A stretch of 64,000 nucleotides of DNA from an uncultured bacterium (GTDB taxonomy: Bacteria; Hinthialibacterota; Hinthialibacteria; OLB16). Under the pieces are notes generated by a model, which was given only the letters and a program-made list of their open reading frames with translations, was not told where the DNA came from and made no database searches. Positions 49,623 through 58,344 of this stretch are shown here, in pieces (within the stretch, counting starts at the first letter, position 1; every line of letters starts with the position of its first letter). The DNA is taken from NCBI GenBank assembly GCA_964422415.1, contig CAYRBI010000003.1, positions 10,607 to 74,606 of the forward strand, read 5' to 3'. A program made the position numbers and the translations under genes.

Positions 49623-51389
49623 CTACTTGCTCTTGGCCTTGCGGATCGCGGATTTAAGCTGGTTCACCGCGGGATCGTTGGCATCGATCTGATAAGCCTT
49701 GTTCACAAGATTCTCGGCTTCATCAAACTTGCGCTGGCGGTAAAGGCCAAGGGCCTGTTCAGTCAGGCGCTTCTTGGTCTCATAGAGTTCCTTTTTGCGG
49801 CTATCATCACGGGAAGTTTCTGACTTCGGTTCAGATTTCGGCTTGATCTCAGTCTTGGCCTCAGTCTTTTTCTCCGGCTTGATCTCAGTCTTGGTCCCGG
49901 TTGTCTTTACTCCAGCAGGTTCCAGCCGCTTGGAATGGACCGCTCTCGGAACGGCGGAACTCCCTTCAGCCACGGCTTTGGTTTCAACCGGTTCAGGAGT
50001 TGGGGTGGGGGTTACCTTGGATTCCGGTACTGGAGTCGGCTTGGGTTTTGGAGTTGGTTTGGGAGTTGGCTTGGTGGTTTTCTCCACCTTGGCCGGCTTG
50101 GGTGTGGGTTTGGCCTTAGTGGCTTCGGGTTCGGGTTTGGGGGTAGGTTCAAGTTTCGGCTCAGTGGCCTTGGTCTCCTCTGGAGAGGGAGCGGTTTGGG
50201 GGGTTGCCGTGGGCTTGCCAGATTCAGGTTTGGGAGGTTCGGTAGAACTCAAGGACTTGAATGTTTCCGCGAAGGCAGCCTCCTTGGGGGCCTTGTCCTG
50301 AATCTTTTCCAGCGCGGTGCGGGCCTCGGTTGACTTCCCCGCGGCAGCATGTCTGACCGCCTCGAGGGTGCCATTCACCAGGAAGAGCACCTCTTTGGGA
50401 TCGGTTCCAGATACCACCGGTTTACCTTCCTTGGCCTTGGCGAGCTGCTCAGTGAGGGATTGGACATCGCTCTTGAGTTTGGCGCCCTCGGTGGCCGAGA
50501 TCATGGCCGCGGCTTGTGCCTGGAGGGTGGACACCTGACCCTGCGCACCGGTGAGGTCCGCCTTGGTCTTGTTAAGTTCATCCTCCACACGTTTCCTCTC
50601 GTCATTGAGGCTCTTGTAATTCTTGTTCAGGGTGTCGATCTCCTGGTTTTTCTGGCTGACCTGGGCGGTGAGGTTCTGTACCGCCGAGGCCGATCCTATG
50701 GTCTTGAGCCGGGTCGTCAGGTCCTCATTAGTCTTGCGGGCCGCCGCGAGCTCGCTTTGAACACGATTCTTGACTTCCTGGGCTTCTTTCAAGGCTCCCG
50801 GTGTAACTGTGTTGGCTTTGAGATTATCGAGCTCCTGTTTCATCGCCATCATCGTGTTCGAGGTCTCTTTGATCTGCGCATCCAGGTTGCTCTTATCTTT
50901 GAGAAGGGCATCATACTTGGCTTGGTCAATCATGCCCTCTTTGGCGGTGGTCAATTCATCTTGGAGCGCACTCACAGCGGCGCGGTCGGCAGATCCCGCC
51001 CGGAACAAGTAAGTTGCCCCCGCAAGAGAGACAACAAAGCACAGCGCCAGAGCCGCAATCGCTATCAATCCCCAGCGTGATCCTCCCGAAGCGATCTGGG
51101 CGCGCATCTTTTCGGCGCTCTCAATCCGGCGGAAGACCTCGGCGTGCTCGGGATCGCATTCAATCGAACGTTTCCACTCGGCCAACGCCATTTCATACAG
51201 ACCCTTCTTGGCGAATAGCGTGCCCAGGAGGTCGTGGTAGCGTCCATCCTCCTGCGAGATGGCGATAGCGGCCTCGACAGCCAGGATGGCCTCATCAATA
51301 CTGCCTTCCTTGGCCAGCTCAAAGCCTTTACGAAATTGTTCCTCGGCTACCGGGTTGGGGCCCGAAGGGCCAAAGGTTTGGGTCTCCAT
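49623..51389 (-). CDS. TPR / coiled-coil membrane protein with Lys-Pro-Thr-rich low-complexity region
   Basis: N-terminal TPR, one TM (WGLIAIAALALCFVVSLAG), about 200 aa of coiled coil, KPTPKPTPKPKPTPVPES-type repeats, and a C-terminal TPR (ALGLYRQRKFDEAENLVNKAYQIDANDP). Confidence 0.7.
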   Translation of the reverse strand: METQTFGPSGPNPVAEEQFRKGFELAKEGSIDEAILAVEAAIAISQEDGRYHDLLGTLFAKKGLYEMALAEWKRSIECDPEHAEVFRRIESAEKMRAQIASGGSRWGLIAIAALALCFVVSLAGATYLFRAGSADRAAVSALQDELTTAKEGMIDQAKYDALLKDKSNLDAQIKETSNTMMAMKQELDNLKANTVTPGALKEAQEVKNRVQSELAAARKTNEDLTTRLKTIGSASAVQNLTAQVSQKNQEIDTLNKNYKSLNDERKRVEDELNKTKADLTGAQGQVSTLQAQAAAMISATEGAKLKSDVQSLTEQLAKAKEGKPVVSGTDPKEVLFLVNGTLEAVRHAAAGKSTEARTALEKIQDKAPKEAAFAETFKSLSSTEPPKPESGKPTATPQTAPSPEETKATEPKLEPTPKPEPEATKAKPTPKPAKVEKTTKPTPKPTPKPKPTPVPESKVTPTPTPEPVETKAVAEGSSAVPRAVHSKRLEPAGVKTTGTKTEIKPEKKTEAKTEIKPKSEPKSETSRDDSRKKELYETKKRLTEQALGLYRQRKFDEAENLVNKAYQIDANDPAVNQLKSAIRKAKSK

Positions 51390-51562
51390 GAAGGTGTCCT
51401 TGATACAGATTCAGTCTTGCGCGAGCTCGCCCGCGTGGGCCCAGCGTCCGTTGGAAAAGTCCAAGATATAGTGACACCCTGGAGCCGCTTTTCCAACAAA
51501 CCACCTACTCAAACGCCACTCCATTGTAACGAGACTAAGCGCGCGATTGAACAAGCGTGCTC

Positions 51563-52438
51563 TTAACGGTGCGGGGCCCGTCCCAAGGCCTCCAGAAAGA
51601 GGAAAGAAATCCCCCGTAGGGTGATCCCGAAAAGGGTCATGAAATCCATGAGGGGGATCTCCAGGCTGTAGTGCTTCTTGTAAAAGGTGTACATCGAGCG
51701 GTGACGCTCCCAGAGGGCACGGAACCGGTGACGGCGGCTAGAACCACCAATGGAGTGTTGCACTATGGCAGCGGGCTCATAGAGGATCCTGCGGCCCATC
51801 TGGTGCAAACGATAGCAAAGGTCCACATCCTCGGCATACAGAAAGAAGGCCTCATCAAACCCCCCCAGACGCTCGAAATCCGATCGCCGGATGAGAAGCG
51901 CCGCGCCACTGACCCAATCGGCCTCGGAGACCTGGTTATGATCCCGCGTGGTCTGAAGGTATTCCGATGACATCCGGTTACGGGGAAAGAGGCGGGTCAA
52001 CAGCGAGTAGCGGTGCGCCAGGATCGTACAGTAACCAGGAAAGGTCCGGCAACTCAACTGTACCTCCCCATCCGGACCGACATTCATCGGACCCACAGCC
52101 CCAATCTCGGGATCGCTATCGAGCCGCGAAATCAGGTTTTCGATGGTTCCCTCCCGGATCTCCGTATCTGGATTCAAAAAGAAAAGGTATTGCTCTTGAG
52201 CATCCTGGACCGCGCGGTTGTTGGCGGCCGAGAAGCCAACATTATGAGGCATTTCGAGGAGTACACAGCGAGGAAATAACGAGGTGACATCACGAATCGA
52301 GAGGAACGAGGCCGAGTTGTCCGCCACTACAATCCGATAGGGAAGCCGTGGGGGATAGCGATGGAAAGATTCCAGGCAACGCCCAAGCAGTTCCCGCGAG
52401 TTGTAATGAACGATGCTGATACAAACCGAGGCTGACAT
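51563..52438 (-). CDS. Family 2 glycosyltransferase
   Basis: ISIVHYNSRELLGRCLESF, VVADNSAS, FLNPDT (DxD-like) and AEDVDLCYRL are typical of rhamnosyltransferase-like GT2 enzymes. Confidence 0.9.
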   Translation of the reverse strand: MSASVCISIVHYNSRELLGRCLESFHRYPPRLPYRIVVADNSASFLSIRDVTSLFPRCVLLEMPHNVGFSAANNRAVQDAQEQYLFFLNPDTEIREGTIENLISRLDSDPEIGAVGPMNVGPDGEVQLSCRTFPGYCTILAHRYSLLTRLFPRNRMSSEYLQTTRDHNQVSEADWVSGAALLIRRSDFERLGGFDEAFFLYAEDVDLCYRLHQMGRRILYEPAAIVQHSIGGSSRRHRFRALWERHRSMYTFYKKHYSLEIPLMDFMTLFGITLRGISFLFLEALGRAPHR

Positions 52439-52469
52439 GAATCCTGATTATGGCACAACACGCTCAAGG

Positions 52470-52656
52470 TTGTATTGCATGTTGTTCATGCTTCAGCATG
52501 TTGGCGAGATTAGTCTCCCATTACAGCGATCCAACCCGTTGTATTGCATGTTGTTCATGCTTCAGCATGTTGGCCTCGTTCACAATTCACTCATGCGGGA
52601 GATCCACACGCTGAAGCGTGAACAACATACGAAGACACGCTAAAGCGTGAACAACG
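52470..52656. repeat. Cluster of four related hairpin repeat units (2 direct 37-nt units + 2 inverted CACGC-type units)
   Basis: GTTGTATTGCATGTTGTTCATGCTTCAGCATGTTGGC occurs at 52470-52506 and 52539-52575 (identical copies). CACGCTGAAGCGTGAACAAC is at 52608-52627 and CACGCTAAAGCGTGAACAAC at 52637-52656, both in the opposite orientation. Confidence 0.75.
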
Positions 52657-52663
52657 TACCAGA

Positions 52664-55600
52664 TCACACGCCAGCAGCTGAACGTACCAGTTCTCTACGT
52701 CCCAACTTCAACTTGCTGAAGTAGAAGTGCAGGATCTGCTTGTAGTTCGCGCCCTTGGTCTTGACCAGCCCGATGGCGCCACATTGCGATAACCCGACTC
52801 CGTGCCCCATGCCACCACCATAAATCGTCCACCCCGAACGCCAGTCCTCCTTGATGATAATCAACGAGGAATCCAGTTGGAGGGCTTCCCGGATGGCATC
52901 GGCATCCCGCGCTTCCACAGTCTGTTCGGTACCGGTTACGGTCATCCGCGTGGCATGACCCGAGATTGCACGTTCGGTGATTCCAATGGACTTCACTTCT
53001 CCCACTTGGTTGTTCCAATAATCGTTCACCAGCGTATTCATCTGTTCGGAGGTGAGTGTCCGCTTCCAACGGAAGCTCTCTCCCGCGGCCTCCCGGTCAA
53101 AGGTATTGGGTGGAGTCTTCAGCCACTCCTCCAGCAAGCGCTCATCGCCCGCGAAGCCCGTGGCGGGGACCTCGATCCCGACCATCGATGGATCGAAATC
53201 GGGACGCGCCTCCAGATACTCGGGGACAGGTTCGCCACTGTTGCCCCAGATGGACTGTCCATCCGCGACATAACCACCGCTCGAGAAACAGTAAACGGGA
53301 GTTGCCAGGTTGCTGGTCGAATCGATCAAGACCTCACCAAGGGTTTCCTCAACCGCGAGGCGGACATTCGAAGATTCCTTATCACGGCCATAATAGGGCC
53401 ACTCGGAATCGGGATCGCCAGGAATGTCATATCCATACTCGGAACTGCCTCCGCTCTGAATCAACTGCAAGACATAGCAACGGCACATGACCGCTTGGGC
53501 TTTGAGCACCTCGAAGGGGGCCTCAGCTGGGATTTCCTGCGGGACGATACCCACCAGGTAATCCTCGATGTCCACCTGATTCACCAGCGCGAGCCACTCA
53601 TCGCTGGGGGCATAGGCCTGGAAGGTTCCATGGTAGCTGTGGCCACTATACTCAAGCTTGGAGCTGGAGAGTGGCTTCAGGTCGATCACTGTCGCGGGAT
53701 CGGTGACTGGCTTGCCGTTTTCATCAAAGATCTGCACATACGACCGCGCGACCGGTTTCGTGGGGGCCACCGCCAAGGTCCGTCCACCACTCTTACGCTT
53801 AATTGTCGCGGGAACCTCGACTGTCTGATCAGGGGCGGCTGAAGAGGTTTCCTCCGCGCCCGGTTCCTGGACGGCAGTAACTTCAGCCTCCTTGGGTTCA
53901 ACCGGTTCCACTGGCTCGGAGGGACGCGTTTCTTCCGCGACAGAGGGGGTTAAATCCTCATCAATGTCCAGCTGCGGAGGTTCGGAACTCTCTTTCGGCA
54001 GCTCAGCGGGTTGGGTTTCCTCATAGGGAACCACCGTCTTTTCTTCACCCTCTATTTCAGACTCGGTGCTCTTGCTGACAGCGGTGCGTTCACGCGCTTC
54101 ATCGGGACTGAACGGCACTGGTGTGGGAGGAACGCCATTCGCCACCCACTCCGGTTCCACTTTTTCATTCTCTGGAACAAATCCTGGTTCACCTGTCTCC
54201 GCTGGAAGCACAGGCTCCTTCTCGAGGATCACCGGGGGAGCAGGGACTTCCGCGGTCTGGACAGGCTCATTGAGGGCGTTTTCGAATCCACTTTCGAGGT
54301 CCTCGACAGGAGCTGTGGAATCAAGGGGTTTCCCCACCAGAGGTTCCTGCCACCAGAAACGGCGGATGATGGGGAGTGACTTAAAGACATTGGGAATCCG
54401 GAACCGCTCGCGCTTGGGCGTAAAGGCGTATTGTTCCGGCTTAACCTCAGTTTTCGGTGCGGAGGGCTTGGCAACCTTCGGTGCAGGTTGCGGCTTGGGC
54501 GGAATATAATAGCTCGGCACCTTGGGTTCTGGTGCGGGCATGGGACGCAATAATGGCGTGGAATCAGGTTCCTGCTCAGGAACCCCGGCCACCTCTGGAG
54601 GTGGCGGAGGAAGCGGCTTGGTAGACTCAGTCTCTTTATCACTCGGTGCTAGACGCTCCGAACGGCGCTGCGCTGGTGGAGGAGACTCTCGTCTACGTCC
54701 ATCGGCATAACGTGGCCGGCGGTAACGGCGCTCGGTGGTGGAGGGAGGTGTTCCCTTTCCTTTCTGCATAGGCGCAACGCCGGTGGGCATTTGACTCCGT
54801 GGAGGGTACGGACGGGACTTCTCCTGGTGTAAGGTCGAGGGAGCTTTGATCCGTTCCGGGGGACGCGGCAAACGCGACTGAGATGTATCCGTATCTACCC
54901 GATCGGCGGGAAGGGCCGATTTGCCTTTCTTCTCGGGAGCGGGAACCCATCCCAACTCCGGTCCCATGTCAGCGGGTTTTGTTTCTGGGATTGGTTCAAT
55001 CACGGAAGGTTCCGGAGTCGCTGTGGGTTCCGGTTCGAGCCTAAGCATTTCCTCGGGGATCAAATCCAGGGGTGCCATGTCCCCGCCATAGGTGTCAGTT
55101 TGGCCTTCCGGAACCTGCGTTTCAGCCATGGGCTGGAGAGGCTGTGGTTCCGGTTGAGAGGGTGCTGCTGGCGATGGCGCTACAGGTACCGGCTGACCAT
55201 CAGGGAGCAAGCGCCGGCTTTTACGTGGGCTGGGACCCGCCGTGGAGTCTATCGAGGCATAACCAGCCGCCTCCTCAGAACTGGCGAGGCGTGCGGGGAA
55301 ACCCATGCTACGAGCTTTCTCCTCGGCTTTACGCGCCAAATACTCATTCGGGAAAGGGCCCATCTGAACCACAAACTGGCCGTTTTCCTCAAAGGAGTTG
55401 ATACGGCCTTTGAGTTTCTGCCGGGCATCCTTCTCGGCCCGGGCGGCGGTCTCCGAGGAGGGGGTCCGGACCAGATCCACTTTCCATCCACCGGGAGAGG
55501 TGACGATGGAAGTAGTAGCGATGATCTCTTGTGGGGGGGTGGCGATGGTACCGGCCACGAGGGGAGCGGCCCGGAAAAAACTGGGGGCTTCGACAACCCC

Positions 55601-55810
55601 TAGGGTATAGACTCCTGGCGGGAGCTCTTTGGCCTCGCCGGTACGGCTATCGAGGACCACCTCGACAGGGCCGTCACAACGGACCTCGAGTTGGCGGGAC
55701 CGGGCTAACCCAACACGCAGGTTCTCCTCGGACCAAGCCATGGACGTCACCAGGCCTAGGCCCAGCAGCGCCACGATCTGGCTGGTAGTCAGGAATTTTC
55801 TTTTCTTCAT
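52664..55810 (-). CDS. SpoIID/LytB-domain protein with SPOR domain and ~600-aa Pro-rich disordered linker
   Basis: Signal/TM at the N-terminus. SPOR-like WKVDLVRTPSSETAARAEKDARQKL...FVVQMGPFPNEYLARKAEEKARSMGFPARL. C-terminal SpoIID motifs KAQAVMCRCYVL, RLAVEETLGEVL and MGHGVGLSQCGAIGL. Confidence 0.85.
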   Translation of the reverse strand: MKKRKFLTTSQIVALLGLGLVTSMAWSEENLRVGLARSRQLEVRCDGPVEVVLDSRTGEAKELPPGVYTLGVVEAPSFFRAAPLVAGTIATPPQEIIATTSIVTSPGGWKVDLVRTPSSETAARAEKDARQKLKGRINSFEENGQFVVQMGPFPNEYLARKAEEKARSMGFPARLASSEEAAGYASIDSTAGPSPRKSRRLLPDGQPVPVAPSPAAPSQPEPQPLQPMAETQVPEGQTDTYGGDMAPLDLIPEEMLRLEPEPTATPEPSVIEPIPETKPADMGPELGWVPAPEKKGKSALPADRVDTDTSQSRLPRPPERIKAPSTLHQEKSRPYPPRSQMPTGVAPMQKGKGTPPSTTERRYRRPRYADGRRRESPPPAQRRSERLAPSDKETESTKPLPPPPPEVAGVPEQEPDSTPLLRPMPAPEPKVPSYYIPPKPQPAPKVAKPSAPKTEVKPEQYAFTPKRERFRIPNVFKSLPIIRRFWWQEPLVGKPLDSTAPVEDLESGFENALNEPVQTAEVPAPPVILEKEPVLPAETGEPGFVPENEKVEPEWVANGVPPTPVPFSPDEARERTAVSKSTESEIEGEEKTVVPYEETQPAELPKESSEPPQLDIDEDLTPSVAEETRPSEPVEPVEPKEAEVTAVQEPGAEETSSAAPDQTVEVPATIKRKSGGRTLAVAPTKPVARSYVQIFDENGKPVTDPATVIDLKPLSSSKLEYSGHSYHGTFQAYAPSDEWLALVNQVDIEDYLVGIVPQEIPAEAPFEVLKAQAVMCRCYVLQLIQSGGSSEYGYDIPGDPDSEWPYYGRDKESSNVRLAVEETLGEVLIDSTSNLATPVYCFSSGGYVADGQSIWGNSGEPVPEYLEARPDFDPSMVGIEVPATGFAGDERLLEEWLKTPPNTFDREAAGESFRWKRTLTSEQMNTLVNDYWNNQVGEVKSIGITERAISGHATRMTVTGTEQTVEARDADAIREALQLDSSLIIIKEDWRSGWTIYGGGMGHGVGLSQCGAIGLVKTKGANYKQILHFYFSKLKLGRRELVRSAAGV

Positions 55811-55866
55811 GGCATCCCCCTCAAGATGCTGAACAACTCCTCACATAGCGATAAGGCGGAAGGTTG

Positions 55867-56859
55867 TTAACCGCGGACTGGTGAACGTTCCGCGAGAACC
55901 AAGCCAGCGGCCCCGATGATCCCTGCTTCCGTTCCCAGTTGCGCTCCAACCACATCCACCCCCTTAACACGCTGGTGATATACTCTTCGGCGGAGGTCAC
56001 GACGGATCGGTTCGAACAGGGGTTCGCCGAGCTGCGCGCCGCCACCACCAATAATGACAACAGCCGGATTGACCACAATGACCGCCGCCGCGATTCCTAC
56101 GCCCAGATAATAAGCCGCCCGCTCGATGACCTCGTTGGCCAGCTGATCGCCTTGAGCAGCCGCCTCGCCAACCGTCTTGCAGGTAATATCCTCAGCATTC
56201 ATTTTAGACAAAAGCGAGTCATCCCGTACCTCGGCTAATTGGCGGGCATAAGTGGCGATGTTGTTCGCCGAAGCATACGACTCCAGGCAGCCATGGTTGC
56301 CGCAGGGGCAATAAACCCCTTCCGGTTCCACCGTGACATGCCCCAGCTCACCCGCAAAGGCCCAGGCACCATGGAAGACCTTTCCATCAATAATGACTCC
56401 GCCACCCACTCCCGTCCCAATCGTGTAACCAATCGCCGCTGAAGCGCCCCGGCCCGCGCCATAACGCGCCTCGGCCAGAACAAAGACATTGGCATCGTTA
56501 TCGACACGGGTTGCCAGGCCCAGCTCGGATTCGAAGATCGAGCGCATAGGGGTACCGTTGAGACCCGGGATGTTCACCGCCCCGGCAACCAGAGCACCCG
56601 TCTCGAAATCGAAAACACCGGGCGATCCAATACCTACGCCAACAATCTGGTCACGCCTAATCCCCTGGGGCAGTTCATAGAAGATCTGGCGGCAGAGAGC
56701 GATCATCCGCTCTACCACATACTGCCCCCCCCTTTCGGCTTCGGTGGGGGTCTTCCACTCGGCGATCAACTCACCCTTGGAGGAGACGATTCCCGCTTTT
56801 ATTCCCGTCCCCCCCAGGTCAATCCCAAGGGCATATTCACATGATGGGTCTGGAGCCAT
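55867..56859 (-). CDS. ROK-family glucokinase
   Basis: GIDLGGTGIKAGIV, VDNDANVFVLAE, and the zinc motif GHVTVEPEGVYCPCGNHGCLE. Confidence 0.9.
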   Translation of the reverse strand: MAPDPSCEYALGIDLGGTGIKAGIVSSKGELIAEWKTPTEAERGGQYVVERMIALCRQIFYELPQGIRRDQIVGVGIGSPGVFDFETGALVAGAVNIPGLNGTPMRSIFESELGLATRVDNDANVFVLAEARYGAGRGASAAIGYTIGTGVGGGVIIDGKVFHGAWAFAGELGHVTVEPEGVYCPCGNHGCLESYASANNIATYARQLAEVRDDSLLSKMNAEDITCKTVGEAAAQGDQLANEVIERAAYYLGVGIAAAVIVVNPAVVIIGGGGAQLGEPLFEPIRRDLRRRVYHQRVKGVDVVGAQLGTEAGIIGAAGLVLAERSPVRG

Positions 56860-57066
56860 TTTATTCTCCTGGGACGAAACCTACATGGTTTTCATTCAAG
56901 ACCACGTAATCGCCCAAGCCACTTTTTTTGAGAAATTACCTTATGATCTAATACTCAAGTTGAAGGATACTGCCATGTTCCGTTCGATACGTCAAGACGG
57001 AATCCTGTCTGTGCCAGGGGTTTATCCCCATCCAGTCCTTCCTATGGTGTTCCATTTTTCTCTTTG

Positions 57067-57096
57067 TTGACGTTCGCGGTGTGAATCCCGTATATT
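57067..57096 (+). promoter_or_regulatory. Sigma70-like promoter candidate for the lipoyl-protein/pfkB/hom cluster
   Basis: TTGACG (57067-57072), 18-nt spacer, TATATT (57091-57096), about 65 nt upstream of ATG 57164. Confidence 0.35.
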
Positions 57097-57163
57097 CGCC
57101 TCTTACATTCATGTTGGGTACAGCCCAAATATGCACACACACCACATAAGGAGAAAGGCCATT

Positions 57164-57409
57164 ATGCCTGTTAACGTCAATCTACCAGAACTGGGCGCGG
57201 AAGCCGGTGATGAAGCCACGGTATCGTATTGGATCGCCCAAGAGGGTGATGAGGTCGCGGAGGGGGACGATCTGGTCGAGATGTTGACCGACAAGGCGAA
57301 CTTTAATGTTCCCTCCCCCTGTGCCGGGAAGATCACCAAGGTGTGCGCCAAGGAAAACGAGGTTGTGAAGGTCGGCGATCTGTTGTGCGAGATTGAGACC
57401 GGGTCATGA
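57164..57409 (+). CDS. Free-standing lipoyl-attachment (E2-type biotinyl/lipoyl) domain protein, 81 aa
   Basis: Start at ATG 57164 (AAGGAG upstream). EGDEVAEGDDLVEMLTDKANFNVPSPCAGKITKV...VKVGDLLCEIE matches the lipoyl-domain consensus with the TDKA lysine. Confidence 0.75.
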   Translation: MPVNVNLPELGAEAGDEATVSYWIAQEGDEVAEGDDLVEMLTDKANFNVPSPCAGKITKVCAKENEVVKVGDLLCEIETGS

Positions 57410-58320
57410 TTGTTACGGTCGGCTCGATCGCACTGGATTCGATCGAGACCCCTCAGCATAAAGCGGAGGATGTTCTCGGCGGAAGTGCGACCTTTATCAC
57501 CGCCGCGGCCTCAAAACTGGCTCCGGCGGCTGTCATCGGGATCGTGGGAGATGATTTCCCCAAGCAATACCGGGATCTCTTCCAGAAATGGGGTGTGAAC
57601 ACCTCCGGGCTGGAGGTTGTATCCGGAAAGACCTTCCGCTGGGGGTGTCAGTACCACCCCGATATGATCCACCGGGACACCCTCTTTACCGAATTAGGGG
57701 TGTTCGCCACTTTCGATCCGAAGGTACCGGAGGAGCTACGTGAGGCGCCCTATGTTGCCTTGGGGAACATCCACCCCGATCAGCAACAGTCGGTCTTGAA
57801 CCAGATGAAGGCCCCGCGATGGGTACTCGCCGACACCATGAAATTGTGGCTCGACATCGCCCGGCCTTCATTGGATCAGCTCATCTCCAGGGTAGATTGC
57901 CTGGTGGTGAACGATGAGGAGGCTCGTCAGCTGACCGGCAAGATCAGCCTAACCGCCGCCGCCTACGATATCTTGGACCGGGGCCCGTCCTCGGTCATCA
58001 TTAAAAGAGGGGAACATGGGGCCTCGCTACATTCCCGCGAGGGGATGTTCGTCGCTCCCGCTTTTCCCCTCCAGTACATCACCGATACCACCGGGGCGGG
58101 CGACACCTTCCTGGGGGGCTTGGTGGGGTGGATCGCCAAATGTGGAAAGACCGGTCTGGAGACGATCAAGCAGGGCATCCTGATCGGTTCCTGTTTGGCG
58201 GCGTATACAGTGGAATCCTCGGGGCTGGACCGTCTGGATGCGGTGAGCCTGCCGGAACTCGGCGAAAGGATTCGTGTTCTTAGGGATCTGACCCAAGTGG
58301 GTGAGATATCTCTCTGTTGA
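57406..58320 (+). CDS. PfkB-family carbohydrate/nucleoside kinase
   Basis: ATGA overlap with the upstream gene. N-terminal GGSATF and C-terminal DTTGAGDTFLGGLVG ribokinase-family signatures. Confidence 0.85.
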   Translation: MIVTVGSIALDSIETPQHKAEDVLGGSATFITAAASKLAPAAVIGIVGDDFPKQYRDLFQKWGVNTSGLEVVSGKTFRWGCQYHPDMIHRDTLFTELGVFATFDPKVPEELREAPYVALGNIHPDQQQSVLNQMKAPRWVLADTMKLWLDIARPSLDQLISRVDCLVVNDEEARQLTGKISLTAAAYDILDRGPSSVIIKRGEHGASLHSREGMFVAPAFPLQYITDTTGAGDTFLGGLVGWIAKCGKTGLETIKQGILIGSCLAAYTVESSGLDRLDAVSLPELGERIRVLRDLTQVGEISLC

Positions 58321-58344
58321 TGTTCCCCAGGGGGGTCAAAGGTC

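Noticed and set aside
49795-50333. Gly/Leu/Val-rich plus-strand ORFs (for example GLGVGLG repeats).
   Set aside because: They are antisense translations of the Lys-Pro-Thr low-complexity region of the TPR/coiled-coil gene.
52470-52575. CRISPR-like geometry: two identical 37-nt repeats with an internal palindrome, separated by a 32-nt spacer.
   Set aside because: There are only two direct copies. The following related units are in the opposite orientation. The core hairpin also occurs singly at 31241 and 40802, and no cas genes or leader are in the window. This behaves as a REP/BIME-like dispersed repeat, not a CRISPR array.
52413-52643. 76-aa ORF with the internally repeated peptide LYCMLFMLQHVG.
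   Set aside because: It is an artefact of translating the 37-nt direct repeats in the intergenic cluster. It has no RBS and no coding-like composition.
52802-53842. 346-aa plus-strand ORF.
   Set aside because: It is antisense to the SpoIID catalytic-domain region and has no motifs or start signals.
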